Source: Octopus sinensis
Taxonomy: Eukaryota
Assembly (NCBI RefSeq): GCF_006345805.1
Contig: NC_043001.1
Span: 77,686,001-77,750,000, forward strand
DNA: 64,000 bases
Direction: 5' to 3'
The position numbers were made by a program, and so were the translations under genes. The notes under the pieces were generated by a model. The model saw only the letters and a list, made by a program, of their open reading frames with translations. It searched no databases and was not told where the DNA came from. Positions within the stretch are counted from its first letter, which is position 1. Every line of letters begins with the position of its first letter. This document shows positions 52,786 through 64,000 of this stretch, one piece after another.

Positions 52786-53625
52786 AATTATCCTGGTGAA
52801 GATCATCATCGTCGTCGTCGTCATCCTCCTTCTCCTCACCATCAACATCATCATCATCACCATCACTGTCACCAACACCGGTATAACTTCACAACCTGCA
52901 GCGCTTCCAATGCCAGTCACCACTAACAGCAGCAGTACCATCACCACCACCATCACCACCTGCATCATAACCACCACCACCAGCACAACTACCAACACCA
53001 CCACCACCACCTCCGTCACCACTTCCACCACTACTGCCAACACCTCCACCATCACCTCCAGCACTACTGCCAACACCTCCACCATCACCTCCACCACTAC
53101 AACCAACATCATCACCACCACCACCACCACCACCAACAACACCAACAACAACAACAGCTACAGCACCACCAGCAACAACACCAGTAGTAGCACCATCACC
53201 ACCACCTTCATAACCACTATTACTACCACCATTACAACTACTACTGCTACTACTACCACTACTGCTGCTGCTGCTACTACTACCACTACTGTTGCTGCTG
53301 CATTATCATTATCACCATCGTTCATTATTACCAACAACCAGCAACTACAACATCATCATTATAATCATCATCATCACACCACCAACATTACCACAAGCAA
53401 TACCCATAATACCAGCACCAGAACCACCACCACAACCACCACCACCACCACCACCACTACTTCCACTACTAAAATCATCATCATCATCATCAACATAATT
53501 CTTGTCACCCTCTTATCATCACCCGACTGATCCCCCTCGTCTTTTTCTCCCTCCTTCATCTTCCCTCCTCCTTCCCTCCTCCTCCTCCCCTTCCGCTGCC
53601 TCCTTCGCCTTCTCCTCATCTTCGT
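52730..53625. repeat. ~900-bp compound trinucleotide tract (CAT, CAC, CAA, ACT, GCT, CCT)
   Basis: Direct reading; gives Thr-rich and Val-rich ORFs on the two strands. Confidence 0.9.
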
Positions 53626-54062
53626 CATTGTCCGTCCTTGTTATCTCCTTGTAATCTCTATGTTATCTCCTTTACTAACTTAATATTACAAACCAAAATC
53701 CGAGGTCTGTTCTTTCTAACGTCGTCACTGGAAATAACAGCGGAAGTGCAACGCACTTAGCTGCAACATGATGCATCTGATAAATTACACTATCGTTAAA
53801 AGTTTAGTAGAAAGTTAATTGGTTTCGTACATCACTCGACTCCTCCGCAACCAATTATCCCAGATGATTACCATTAAAAATTTACCCTACCATTTCTCGT
53901 ACTATACGATACCAAAGCAGAATACCATCGGCTTCACCATCACTATTGCTATTAGCGGCACTACCATTTTACTCCGCAATTTCTCACAATACCATTTCAC
54001 CGCTACTTGGATAACATTCCAACCACGACCAATATCGTCAATATTATTACCATCGCTTCTCA

Positions 54063-54139
54063 AACGGGGAGCTGGCAGAATCGTTAGCACGATTATTATT
54101 ATTATTATTATATTATTATTATTACTATTATTATTATTA

Positions 54140-54178
<39 letters not shown>

Positions 54179-54256
54179 CATTATTATTATTATTATTATT
54201 TTTATTATCATCATGATCATGATGATGATGATGATCATCATCATCATCATTATTAA

Positions 54257-54293
<37 letters not shown>

Positions 54294-54320
54294 GTTGTTA
54301 TTATTATTATTATTATTATT

Positions 54321-54391
<71 letters not shown>

Positions 54392-54535
54392 GAGGAGGAG
54401 GAGGAGGTGAGCTGGTAGAATCGTTAGCACGCCGGGCAAAACGCTTAGCAGTGTTTCGTCCCTCTTTATGTTCTGAGTTCAAATTCCGACGGGGTCGAAT
54501 TTCGCCCTTCACCCTTTTAGAGTCGATAAATTAAG
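54063..54535 (+). mobile_element. SINE A head stub, (TTA)n/(TAA)n array, then SINE A 5' part
   Basis: GGGGGAGCTGGCAGAATCGTTAGCAC at ~54066; GGTGAGCTGGTAGAATCGTTAGCACGCCGGGC at ~54406. Confidence 0.75.
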
Positions 54536-55902
54536 TAGAAGTGGGAAGAGAGGTGTTGAGGCGTGCACAGGATTGACCCACACCCGTTGTTTGGTTAGGA
54601 GACGGAGCGGAGGCTTGTAAATGAGGCTCAATCTGCCTGAAGGAAAACCTGCGATTGATGCCTTCCCAGTTACGGTGGACATCTCTGTATTATTCAGTTG
54701 ACTCGAACATCTCCTACATACTTTAGTTGACCTGCTAGATCAGTGAAAACTGTGTGAATTCTCCAACACGTCCACGCAACTTTTTCAGTTTTACGGATCA
54801 GTATATAAACCTTTCCATGTTTGAATTCCGTACTTGGCTTGTATTCTCAAATCACATGCAAACCACGTTTTTACTATTAGAACAATAATAAGAAAAATTA
54901 AGAGAAAATAAAATGAATCTCTATGCAAATGATCAACTTTCTAGAAATAGCATCCATAATCCTCTCGAATCACGCATTATCATACCAAAAAAGGAAAGGA
55001 CAAAGTTGAAAAATATAGTCCTGGTCATATTTACTGCATACATTTCCCCATAGATCTGCTTCTACGACGACTGGTTTTGACTTGAAGATAAACAGGCATA
55101 GATGTATGGTTAAGAAGTTCGCCTCGGTGCCATATACTACCGGCTTACGTTCTACAGCACTATATGAAAATGTATAAATGTGTGTGTATTGGAACACTGA
55201 TGAGTTTCACACACATCAGTGGTACAATGTCGTTGTACTAGTAGGCTGATTCTAAGGAGTTGTCTGGTCGAAAATGTTATAGGCTGCACATGAGGTAACT
55301 CCTGACGTATAAAGTAAGTTTACCCAGGCCAAACTAGTGGTCATCAAGGGAAACTGATTCACTGCACTTGTTATATCTTGTGGTAAATAATATGAAGAAA
55401 CCCCCAGCCGTACCTACAGTTGGATAAAATCACTGTTTAAAAATCAGGAACATTTCGTTTGCTAAATGAGATTTTAGGGTCCATTTTAAGACAGAATAGC
55501 TTTATCGCTGTTAACTATGTTGCATATTACTAGGACATATTATGCGTCTGCTATGTCAGTTTCATGTTTAACTGCCAGACTTATACAACGAGCTCATAGC
55601 AGATGTCTGCCGCAACGGCAGCAGAATGGAATACGTAATTTTCGGTTCATATCTCTGTTGCATGCAAATTTTATGGTTTGGCTATATTTTAAAAGTTAAT
55701 TTGGCGTTTCTCCCTAATTTGAACGCTAACGCACGTGATCTCGATCATATCTCTCCATGACGTCATCAACCGCGGGTAGCACATTATAGAGAAGGTTGGT
55801 AAACAAACTTGATTGGGTGAGTCACCGTTGTATTAGAATTATTCGAAAGATTTGGAAACGGACGACGATTGTTTGGTGGTGACAGTCATAAATACTGTCA
55901 GT

Positions 55903-56300
55903 CTTCATCACCACATCATTGTTCGACCGTGGTCGAGACAATGGAATTTACCATGCTACGCCAGACTTCACGGTCCATCATGGCATTACGGAGGTTCTGT
56001 TGCTGGATGCCTGTATCCCTGGAGATTACATCAGGGTAGGAGAGTGTGCGCCCTCTGGTATTGCGAGTAGATGGCTTCCAGAGGAGAAGAGTAGAAATTA
56101 CTTCTGTTTCAGCTCTACAACAATGTCCAGCAAACTGGAGTCTCCTACCTTTCACAAGAGATGACACAGGTGGTAGTTTCCCATATATTTGCATTTTGGT
56201 TGGATGGCGCTTCCACGAGAGATTTTGAGCTCTCATAAGGAGGCGAGTGTAGGTTCCATCCAACCGCCTCTCAAGCTTCTTTGATAACGTCCAGTCTTGG
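55903..56300 (-). mobile_element. RTE-type LINE 3' fragment
   Basis: ORF 55916-56263: RRLQFAGHCCR, RGRTLSYPDVISRD, DREVWR. Decayed (TGA)n tail directly after the stop. Confidence 0.85.
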
Positions 56301-56421
56301 ACATGTTCTTAGTATCAAGTTGGCTATATGTACAATATAATTTCTTTCGCGATCAGGTTCAATGATTTTTCTCATTGAAACCGCTTTGAATCACATCATC
56401 AGACTATCAAGAATGTCCGCT

Positions 56422-56548
56422 TCATCCCTTATGCATGTCATGTTCCTCAAAATCAATCCGGTTGAATCTGAGATGCGGGACATCTCTTCCGACATATTCA
56501 GAAGACATCCACCCCTTCAAAAGGTCTAATTTACAAGATTCAAAATAC
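56422..56548 (-). CDS. Candidate terminal coding exon, unidentified: (phase 2) YFESCKLDLLKGWMSSEYVGRDVPHLRFNRIDFEEHDMHKG*
   Basis: Acceptor TACTACCTCATTCAG|G, 41 open codons of protein-like composition in unique sequence, TGA at 56424-56422. Confidence 0.55.
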
Positions 56549-56915
56549 CTGAATGAGGTAGTAATAATTAAAACCACAAATGATTCGTATTCTTAGATAC
56601 AATCAGAAAAGGGAAAATAATAATTTTTAGTTTTATAATCAAGTACCATGCTGTTGGTTTATCTGTTGCTTGTAATTATTTATCACGTTGGAAGTTTGAA
56701 GATGTTCTCTTTATTTTTAAATGATTCATGAATCAGTGGAACTTATGTATCATTTAACAATGCTTTTAATGTTTCAAGCCGCTGAATCAAGCCAAATAAG
56801 TCTATGTGTATGTAGATATACATATATGTGTGTCTGTTATGTATTTGTATGTCATTATTGTATGTATTTATGTATGTATGTATGCGTATATACATATACA
56901 CACACACACACACAC

Positions 56916-56949
<34 letters not shown>

Positions 56950-56956
<7 letters not shown>

Positions 56957-57123
56957 GGTGTGTGTGTGTGTGTGAGTGTGTGTATGTGTTTGTCCCCCAC
57001 CTTCACTTGACAACCGATGTTGGTGTGATTACGTACCCGTAACTTAGCTGTTCGACTAAAGGCGGTGCTCCAACATAGCCGCAGTCGAATGATTGAAACA
57101 AGTAAAAGAATAAAAGAAAAAAA

Positions 57124-57161
<38 letters not shown>

Positions 57162-57325
57162 TTCAAACTTTGTTACAAGTCCAGCAATTTCGGTTGACGC
57201 GTTAAGTCGAATATATCGGTCCCATTGCACAACTGCTACTTATTTTATCAACCCCCGAAAGGATGAATAGCAAAGTCGACTCCCGCGGAATTTGAACTCA
57301 GAAGGTAAGCACGGACGAAATGTCG
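56950..57325. mobile_element. SINE B 3' half (+, 56950-57120) and SINE A (-, 57160-57325)
   Basis: TTTGTCCCCCAC..GGCGGTGCTCCAACATAGCCGCAGTC; GGATGAATAGCAAAGTCGAC..GGAATTTGAACTCAGAA. Confidence 0.75.
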
Positions 57326-57923
57326 TTCAGTCGATGAATATAGTTGACAGGATCATGTTATTCACTAAATATAGCCGCTACCATTTCACTAGGCAATGTA
57401 ACTCGTAGGTATTTTCAAACAATTCTCAAAGATATGGATTTCAGAGTTGGGTTTGTATTCCAGTATCCTTTGTTTCATGGGGGCCTCACGATTCCCCATT
57501 AGCAAAGCATTCTAAACGCTGTAACGAAGGTGATAATGTCTTACTGACGAGTAGATATTGTGGCTTCATCACCCATCATGACAAACACTGTTTGAGAACA
57601 ATTTGAAGAACATTTGGATTCGATGTGCAAATGCCTTATAGAGCACACGTCAATAAAGAAACATCAAAGCAATATGCAACTACAAGATAATTCAATTCAC
57701 CTCCAATCGAAAAATTTGGATATCACTTAGACCTTTGGAGAGTAGAAAAAAACACCTAAACACATTCTAATTATTTACTTTAAGTTGAAAGTTTATGACT
57801 GTATGTTAAGAAGTTTTCCTCCCAACCACAATGTTCTGGGTTCAGTCCCTCTTCATGCCATCTATTGCCCCATCGAAAAATCATTATGAGAGAATCTGGT
57901 ATCCGGAACCTGAAAGAAACCTG

Positions 57924-57955
<32 letters not shown>

Positions 57956-57974
57956 TATATATATATTATATATA

Positions 57975-58009
<35 letters not shown>

Positions 58010-59061
58010 ATATATGTATATGTACATATATATATATATATGTATATATATATACATACATACATATATATATATATATGTTCTCCTAACGCTGAATCTG
58101 TTCATCAAATAGTAGTAATTGGCATTTAGTTGTGACAATGCTGTCACCCACACAAATTCCTTATATGGAGCTATGATATCCCCTTTACTCCATTTCTATA
58201 ATTAGAAAATCTTTATTGCCTCCTCTCACTTGTTCTTCATTCTCAGAACCTTATAGTAGTTTGGAACAACTGAATCTTAGTCAGTCAGTTGATGAGCTCC
58301 ACTACCTCAAATGTTCTTAAAATTTAAATCCACATCTTTGTCTATGTATCTACCTTCTCTATAATATTGCCACTTGATATGAACATTTTTGTATTAATGG
58401 AAAACCTCTATAATTGGCTGATGAGTACTCAGTATTTTGAAACAGTTGTAATACTTACAACATTTAATAAAATGATGTAGTACGAAACGATCGTACCAAA
58501 TTACCGGAGTCATTCTTGTTGCTTATTTTGATACATATATATACATATGTGTGTGTATGTATGTATGTATATATTATATGTATATGTATATATATATATT
58601 ATATATATATATAATATATATATATAATATAATATTATACATACATACATACGTACATATCATACATACATTATTATATATATATATATATATACACACA
58701 CATACATACTTACATACATATATATCTATATATATATATTTCAATACGGTGTAAATAATTCACGAGAAAAAATTAATTCATTAAAATGTAATTTACGAAG
58801 ATACCATTGACTCTGTTATTATGTTGTTTATCAATTATAAAAACGTTAATAATAGAATCAATAATATAGGCAATTACAGGTTCAAAAAATCATTAAATAG
58901 CTGAGGGATTAAAATTAATCAAAGAACATAGTACGTATGTCTACCTGCTGGAAATAGCAGTCAAAACTCTTATTTAAATTGCCAAAATACACTGATAATA
59001 ACTACAGAAAGCAAACAGGCTAAGACAATCTCTCAACGTATATTTAAGTATTTGGACTCAC

Positions 59062-59197
59062 GTGGCAGGTTTCTGCATTTGCAAAAATAGCCTCAGCTTC
59101 CTCAGCACGCATTACCATGATAGAGACTCCGACAATGGTGGCTGCTATGATTTCAGCCCAAAACGAATCAGGAGAGGTGCAGACTGGAAGACGACAG
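59062..59197 (-). CDS. Internal coding exon, unidentified: CRLPVCTSPDSFWAEIIAATIVGVSIMVMRAEEAEAIFANAETCH
   Basis: Acceptor TTATTTTTGTTAG|, donor CAC|GTGAGT, 136 nt, only one frame open (phase 2 in, phase 0 out), GC well above the flanks. Confidence 0.7.
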
Positions 59198-60229
59198 CTA
59201 ACAAAAATAATTAAGTACTGGAGTTGATTTATTCGACTGAACCCTTAAAGGCACTACCCTAGAATTGTCGCAGTCTAATGACTGAATCATATAACCGATG
59301 CAATGTAAAAGATACGGGAAACGATAAATAGATCATTAATAATTGATATAAATCCAATTATAACTATTCAATTCAGTATCATTCGCCATGATGTACAAAA
59401 AGCGAAGGAAGTAAAATCCGGAAAAAATAGCCCTCTATAGAATTTAAGAAGAAAGAATAACGGAAACAAGATTGACTTATCCACTATCATCACTTTGGCG
59501 TAAAAAAATCTGTGAAATGCATCAGGATTTGGAAAAGCCTGGCGATCTTTGAATGTCTGCGTATGTTCTCATTGCATACTACATCGATTCGTATAATATA
59601 AAATAGGCTAGATATAGGGATTTACCCGAGACCTTCCTGCAACGTTTAAGCAGAAGAATTTAGGAGTATACACCTCTCGGGATGATATAAAGTGTCAGAG
59701 TCTTAAATCATTTAAGCTGGTTGCAACAAAAATTGTGCAGCTCTCTTTGTGACCATTTCAACTCTACAAAGCATAAACAGTCATGTTGAAATTTTGTCAG
59801 CCCAGGATGGTAGTATCCACAGGAGAGATTATCTCATTCACTGCTCTCTCATCTTCTCATTCGCCTGACAGATGTGTGATATTGAATATTCTTAAAACAA
59901 AGATTATTACAATTCTGGACATGAACTGTACGCCTAAACAGGTCTTGCAAAAAAACACACAAAAAATGCACTAATTGCTCTTCAAATATATTATTCAAAA
60001 TTATAATTATGAGGTGCTTCTGCTCCAAGATATATATTTATATATATATAGATAAGAAAGTTTGTTTGGTAAAGCACGTGGGTGAATATATAAGAAAATA
60101 GTAAAGTGTGAAAAAACGACAGAAGGCTTAAATGTTAAAAAATATATATATTTGTGTCAAAATGTCTGGAGAATATGGAAAAATTTTTTTTTTCCTTTCC
60201 TTAAAATGACATAATTTAAAAAATTTTGA

Positions 60230-60269
60230 AAGAAATTACCGGTTTCGCGTGTAGCTTCTCAAATTTCTT
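60230..60269 (-). ncRNA. Minimal type I hammerhead ribozyme motif (U3-A8 core variant) in the Penelope 3' terminal region
   Basis: AAGAAAT | TTGAGAA | GC tacac GC | GAAA-CCGG-TA | ATTTCTT. Stem I 7 bp perfect, stem II 2 bp, palindromic ACCGGU stem III, GUA cleavage triplet. Confidence 0.75.
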
Positions 60270-60400
60270 GTGACGTTATGTTATATTGCATGGAATTATC
60301 GTTGTTTTATTTCCAGGAGATTTCTAAATAAGGGGAGGTAGTGAGTGATTTTTTCCGGTGGGGGAGATAATCGCTTAAATTTTTTTTTTCCTTTTCCTTG

Positions 60401-61724
60401 TTAATTTCTCTGTGTCAGTATGTTCGGATGGTTGAGTCTGGGTTTGTACTTTTCAATGAAGAATGTTTCCTTGTTCAGTCTCATTTGTGTTGATGATCCG
60501 AAAGCACATTGGTAAAATGGGAAGATTAAAAATTGTGGCAGTAGTTGCTTTGCGCATTTCTCAATGTGCTCACTAAAAGGTATCATTCTATATTCTGGGA
60601 ATGCAATCTGTTGTCGATGCAGTGTGCATCTGCGCCTGAGTGATAGTCCCGTGGAACCCACGTAGTCTTGGTGGCAGCCCGAGCATTTAATAACATAAAT
60701 TATGTTTTCAGAGGCACAAGTAAAGTTAGATTAGATCTTAAATTTCTGTCCCTCTTTAAAGAAGAATTCTGATCCTTCCAATAGGTTAGGACATGTTGCC
60801 ACAGTTCGATCTACCACATTTTTTTACTTTTGCATCCGTAATTTTAGAAGACAATTTTGCCTTTGTGAGAATCTTTTTAAGTGATTTAGGCTGTTTGTAG
60901 CTTTAATGATTTGGTGTATGTTTAGAATTTCCTTTAATTTTGGGTTTTTATGAAGTATTGGTAAATTCTGGGTGATGATGGTGAAGGCTTCTTTGTTTCT
61001 GGGGTTGTATGTAGATATGTAAGGTAGTATTTTCGGGGAAGGTGTGTTGTTGTGTTGGACTTTTCTTAAAGTTTCTATGTTGATTTCTGTTGCACGTCTG
61101 ATCCCATCCTCTATGAGTTGAGCTGGGTAATGTCTGTCAATTAGGGTTTTTTTGAGTTCTTGCAGTCTAAAGTTCCTGGTATTTTGTTCTGACACTATTG
61201 TGCATATCCTTCTTGCAAGGTTGAAGGGGATGTTTGTTTTAGTGTGTCTTGGGTGGCATGAATTAAAAAGAAGGTATTGTTTGGCGTCTGTGGCTTTGTA
61301 AAAAATGTCTGTTTCTATTTTAAGGTTAATTTTTTTAATTAGTATATCCAAGAACGGGAGCTCCTTTTGGTTGTATTCCATTGTGAACTGTATATTTGGG
61401 TTTATGCTGTTCAATAGGTTTTTAAATTTTAGGAGTTTATCTATGTTTTCATTCCAGAGAATGAAACAATCGTCTAGGAATCGTTTCCAATTCTCTTTTA
61501 TGTATTGAGAGAGGGAGTTTCCAAAGATTGATAGAGATTCCTGGTAAATGATTATTTCCATGTATCCCATTGTTAAGTTCGCAATGACTGGTGCTGCCCT
61601 TGTACCCATAGCAATTCCGGATTTTTGACGGTAAAATGTATTGTCAAACATGAAGTGGTTATTGTCTAGGATGAATCAATTGATTTAGTAATGAATTCCT
61701 TACTGATCCTTTTGGTATTTCTTC
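60401..61724 (-). pseudogene. Penelope RT C-half plus GIY-YIG (inverted arm)
   Basis: ORF 60824-61651: GIAMGTRAAP, RFLDDCF, LPFLDILI, DIFYKAT, SCHPRHTK. Then CGRSNCATC and IIYVIKCSGCHQDYVGSTG. Confidence 0.9.
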
Positions 61725-61756
61725 GGGTATTTTGGTATTTCTTCCGGTATTTCTTC

Positions 61757-64000
61757 AGGACACAGGCTGGAACCTAGTAATAAGGAAAAACCGAAGATAA
61801 TCAATCTTTCAACCAAACCTCTTTCTAACATAAAAATTGACATCCTCGCAAAAGGGCTCAAATTTACACCAACTCCACGCAGAGCAAACCTAAATGAACT
61901 CAAGGATAATATAACAGAATTTTGCAGAAAATTAAGACTAGCAGAAGCATCAAACAGTTTCAATACTGAAGATGAATCACTAGTCAAGAACAAAAGTGAA
62001 CACATCCCACACAGAGGAAGAAATAAAGATATTGACGAATTCTGTAACCACATTGAGAACTTCCCCTACCATACTATACATAAACAGAAAGCTAACCCAA
62101 ATTTTAACACTACACAATGAAAGAACTGATAGACCTCCAAGATGATGAAGATATAACCATTAAGGAAGCGGACAAGGAAATGCAGTTGTAATAATGGATA
62201 CATCATACTACAGAAATCTTTAATTTCCTTGCTTGATGAAGACCTACATTATGAAAAATTACCAACTACACCCCACAAAAAATAATGAAAACTCTATCTT
62301 CACTAATTAAAACCCATGAAAAGGAACTGACAACCAAGAGATTGATTTCCTAACAACTTTAAATGCAAACCTAGCCTTTTCTATGGTCTGCCAAAATTCA
62401 TAAAAGTCAAATTATAAATGAAACCATTAAAAAATCACCAAGACATACATACACACACCTAATCCGGGGGACCTAAACTACGACCCATTGTAGCTGGCCC
62501 AACCTGTGAAACACAGAGACTAGTCTACTTATGACATCCTCTTGAAACCCTTCCTTAAACATATCGATAGCCATATCAGAGATGACTTAGATATGTTAAA
62601 CCACCTCCCAAAAAAACCAAGGAAGAAACAATCCTGGTTTCATTTGATGTAGTCAACTTGTATACCAGTATACCTCATAGTTATGGACTGGAGGCAATAC
62701 AATTCTGGTTAGACCAATTTCCGGAAGAAATACCAAAAAGGATCAGTAAGGATTCATTACTAAATCAATTGAATTCATCCTAGACAATAACCACTTCATG
62801 TTTGACAATACATTTTACCGTCAAAAATCCGGAATTGCTATGGGTACAAGGGCAGCACCAGTCATTGCGAACTTAACAATGGGATACATGGAAATAATCA
62901 TTACCAGGAATCTCTATCAATCTTTGGAAACTCCCTCTCTCAATACTAAAAGAGAATTGGAAACGATTCCTAGACGATTGTTTCATTCTCTGGAATGAAA
63001 ACATAGATAAACTCCTAAAATTTAAAAACCTATTGACAGCATAAACCCAAATATACAGTTCACGATTGAATACAACCAAAAGGAGCTCCCGTTCTTGGAT
63101 ATACTAATTAAAAAAATTAACCTTAAAATAGAAACAGACATTTTTTACAAAGCCACAGACGCCAAACAATACCTTCTTTTTAATTCATGCCACCCAGACA
63201 CACTAAAACAAACATCCCCTTCAACCTTGCAAGAAGGATATGCAACAATAGTGTCAGACAAAATACCAGAACTTTAGACTGCAAGAACTCAAAAACACCC
63301 TAATTGACAGACATTACCCAGCTCAACTCATAGAGGATGGGATCAGACGTGCAACAGAAATCAACATAGAAACTTTAAGAAAAGTTCAACACAACAACAC
63401 ACCTTCCCCGAAAATACTACTTACATATCTACATACAACCCCAGAAACAAAGAAGCCTTCACCATCATCACCCAGAATTTACCAATACTTCATAAAAACC
63501 CAAAATTAAAGGAAATTCTAAACATACACCAAATCATTAAAAGCTACAAACAGCCTAAATCACTTAAAAAGATTCTCACAAGGCAAAATGTCTTCTAAAA
63601 TTACGGATGCAAAAGTAAAAAAATGTGGTAGATCAAACTGTGCAACATGTCCTAACCTATTGGAAGGATCAGAATTCTTCTTTAAAGAGGGACAGAAATT
63701 TAAGATCAAATCTAACTTTACTTGTGCCTCTGAAAACATAATTTATGTTATTAAATGCTCGGGCTGCCACCAAGACTACGTGGGTTCCACGGGACTATCA
63801 CTCAGGCGCAGATGCACACTGCATCGACAACAGATTGCATTCCCAGAATATAGAATGATACCTTTTAGTGAGCACATTGAGAAATGCGCAAAGCAACTAC
63901 TGCCACAATTTTTAATCTTCCCATTTTGCCAATGTGCTTTCGGATCATCAACACAAATGAGACTGAACAAGGAAACATTCTTCATTGAAAAGTACAAACC
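61757..64000 (+). pseudogene. Penelope ORF, near full length, with many 1-bp frameshifts
   Basis: IINLSTKPLS..LAKGLKFTPTP (61795-61880), YGLPKIH-like (62380), LRPIVAGP, SFDVVNLYTSIPH, GIAMGT, LDD, GIY-YIG at ~63740-63840. Confidence 0.9.

Larger units (their letters stand above)
60050..64000. mobile_element. Young Penelope-like retroelement with an inverted duplicate of its 3' portion (runs off the window end)
   Basis: Plus arm 61757-64000 encodes RT and GIY-YIG; ~60400-61724 is the near-identical reverse complement of 62725-64000, and the minus arm continues into 3' UTR down to ~60050; unique spacer ~61757-62725. Confidence 0.93.

Noticed and set aside
55195-55221. CTGATGA hammerhead candidate
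   Set aside because: Only an 8-bp hairpin (CACTGATG/CATCAGTG); no stem II plus GAAA in the correct order.
59700-59945. Upstream exon of the 59-kb gene (acceptor TTTTTTGCAAG|)
   Set aside because: All frames close before a strong donor, and none gives the phase 2 exit needed.
61700-62053. 117-aa minus-strand ORF
   Set aside because: Antisense shadow of the Penelope N-terminal coding region.

Overview
AT-rich, microsatellite-saturated animal genomic DNA; there are no prokaryotic features. The SINE families and (TA)n/(TTA)n/(CATA)n content look like an Octopus genome (recalled resemblance, not database-checked). Almost all ORFs in the supplied track are microsatellite translations or transposon fragments. 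Transposon content: (i) three divergent Penelope-like elements - a very young one at ~60.0-64.0 kb with an inverted 3' arm and a minimal type I hammerhead ribozyme motif showing the U3-A8 core covariation, an old AT-rich one at 12.3-14.1 kb bounded by ~97-bp inverted repeats, and one at 19.4-21.1 kb split by a mariner at a reconstructable TA; (ii) five R4/Dong-type REL-endonuclease LINE pieces abutting (TAA)n or (CATA)n arrays; (iii) CR1 and RTE LINE fragments; (iv) many tRNA-derived SINEs; (v) Helitron/HINE-like elements and a fold-back MITE; (vi) short (TA)n-embedded repeats carrying hammerhead-like motifs. Host-gene evidence is limited to a few minus-strand exon candidates that I cannot name: 59062-59197 plus terminal exon 56422-56548, and a second possible gene with exons at 33398-33480, 30137-30368 and 14888-14987. 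All coordinates were read by eye; element boundaries are approximate (tens of bp) unless motifs are quoted.
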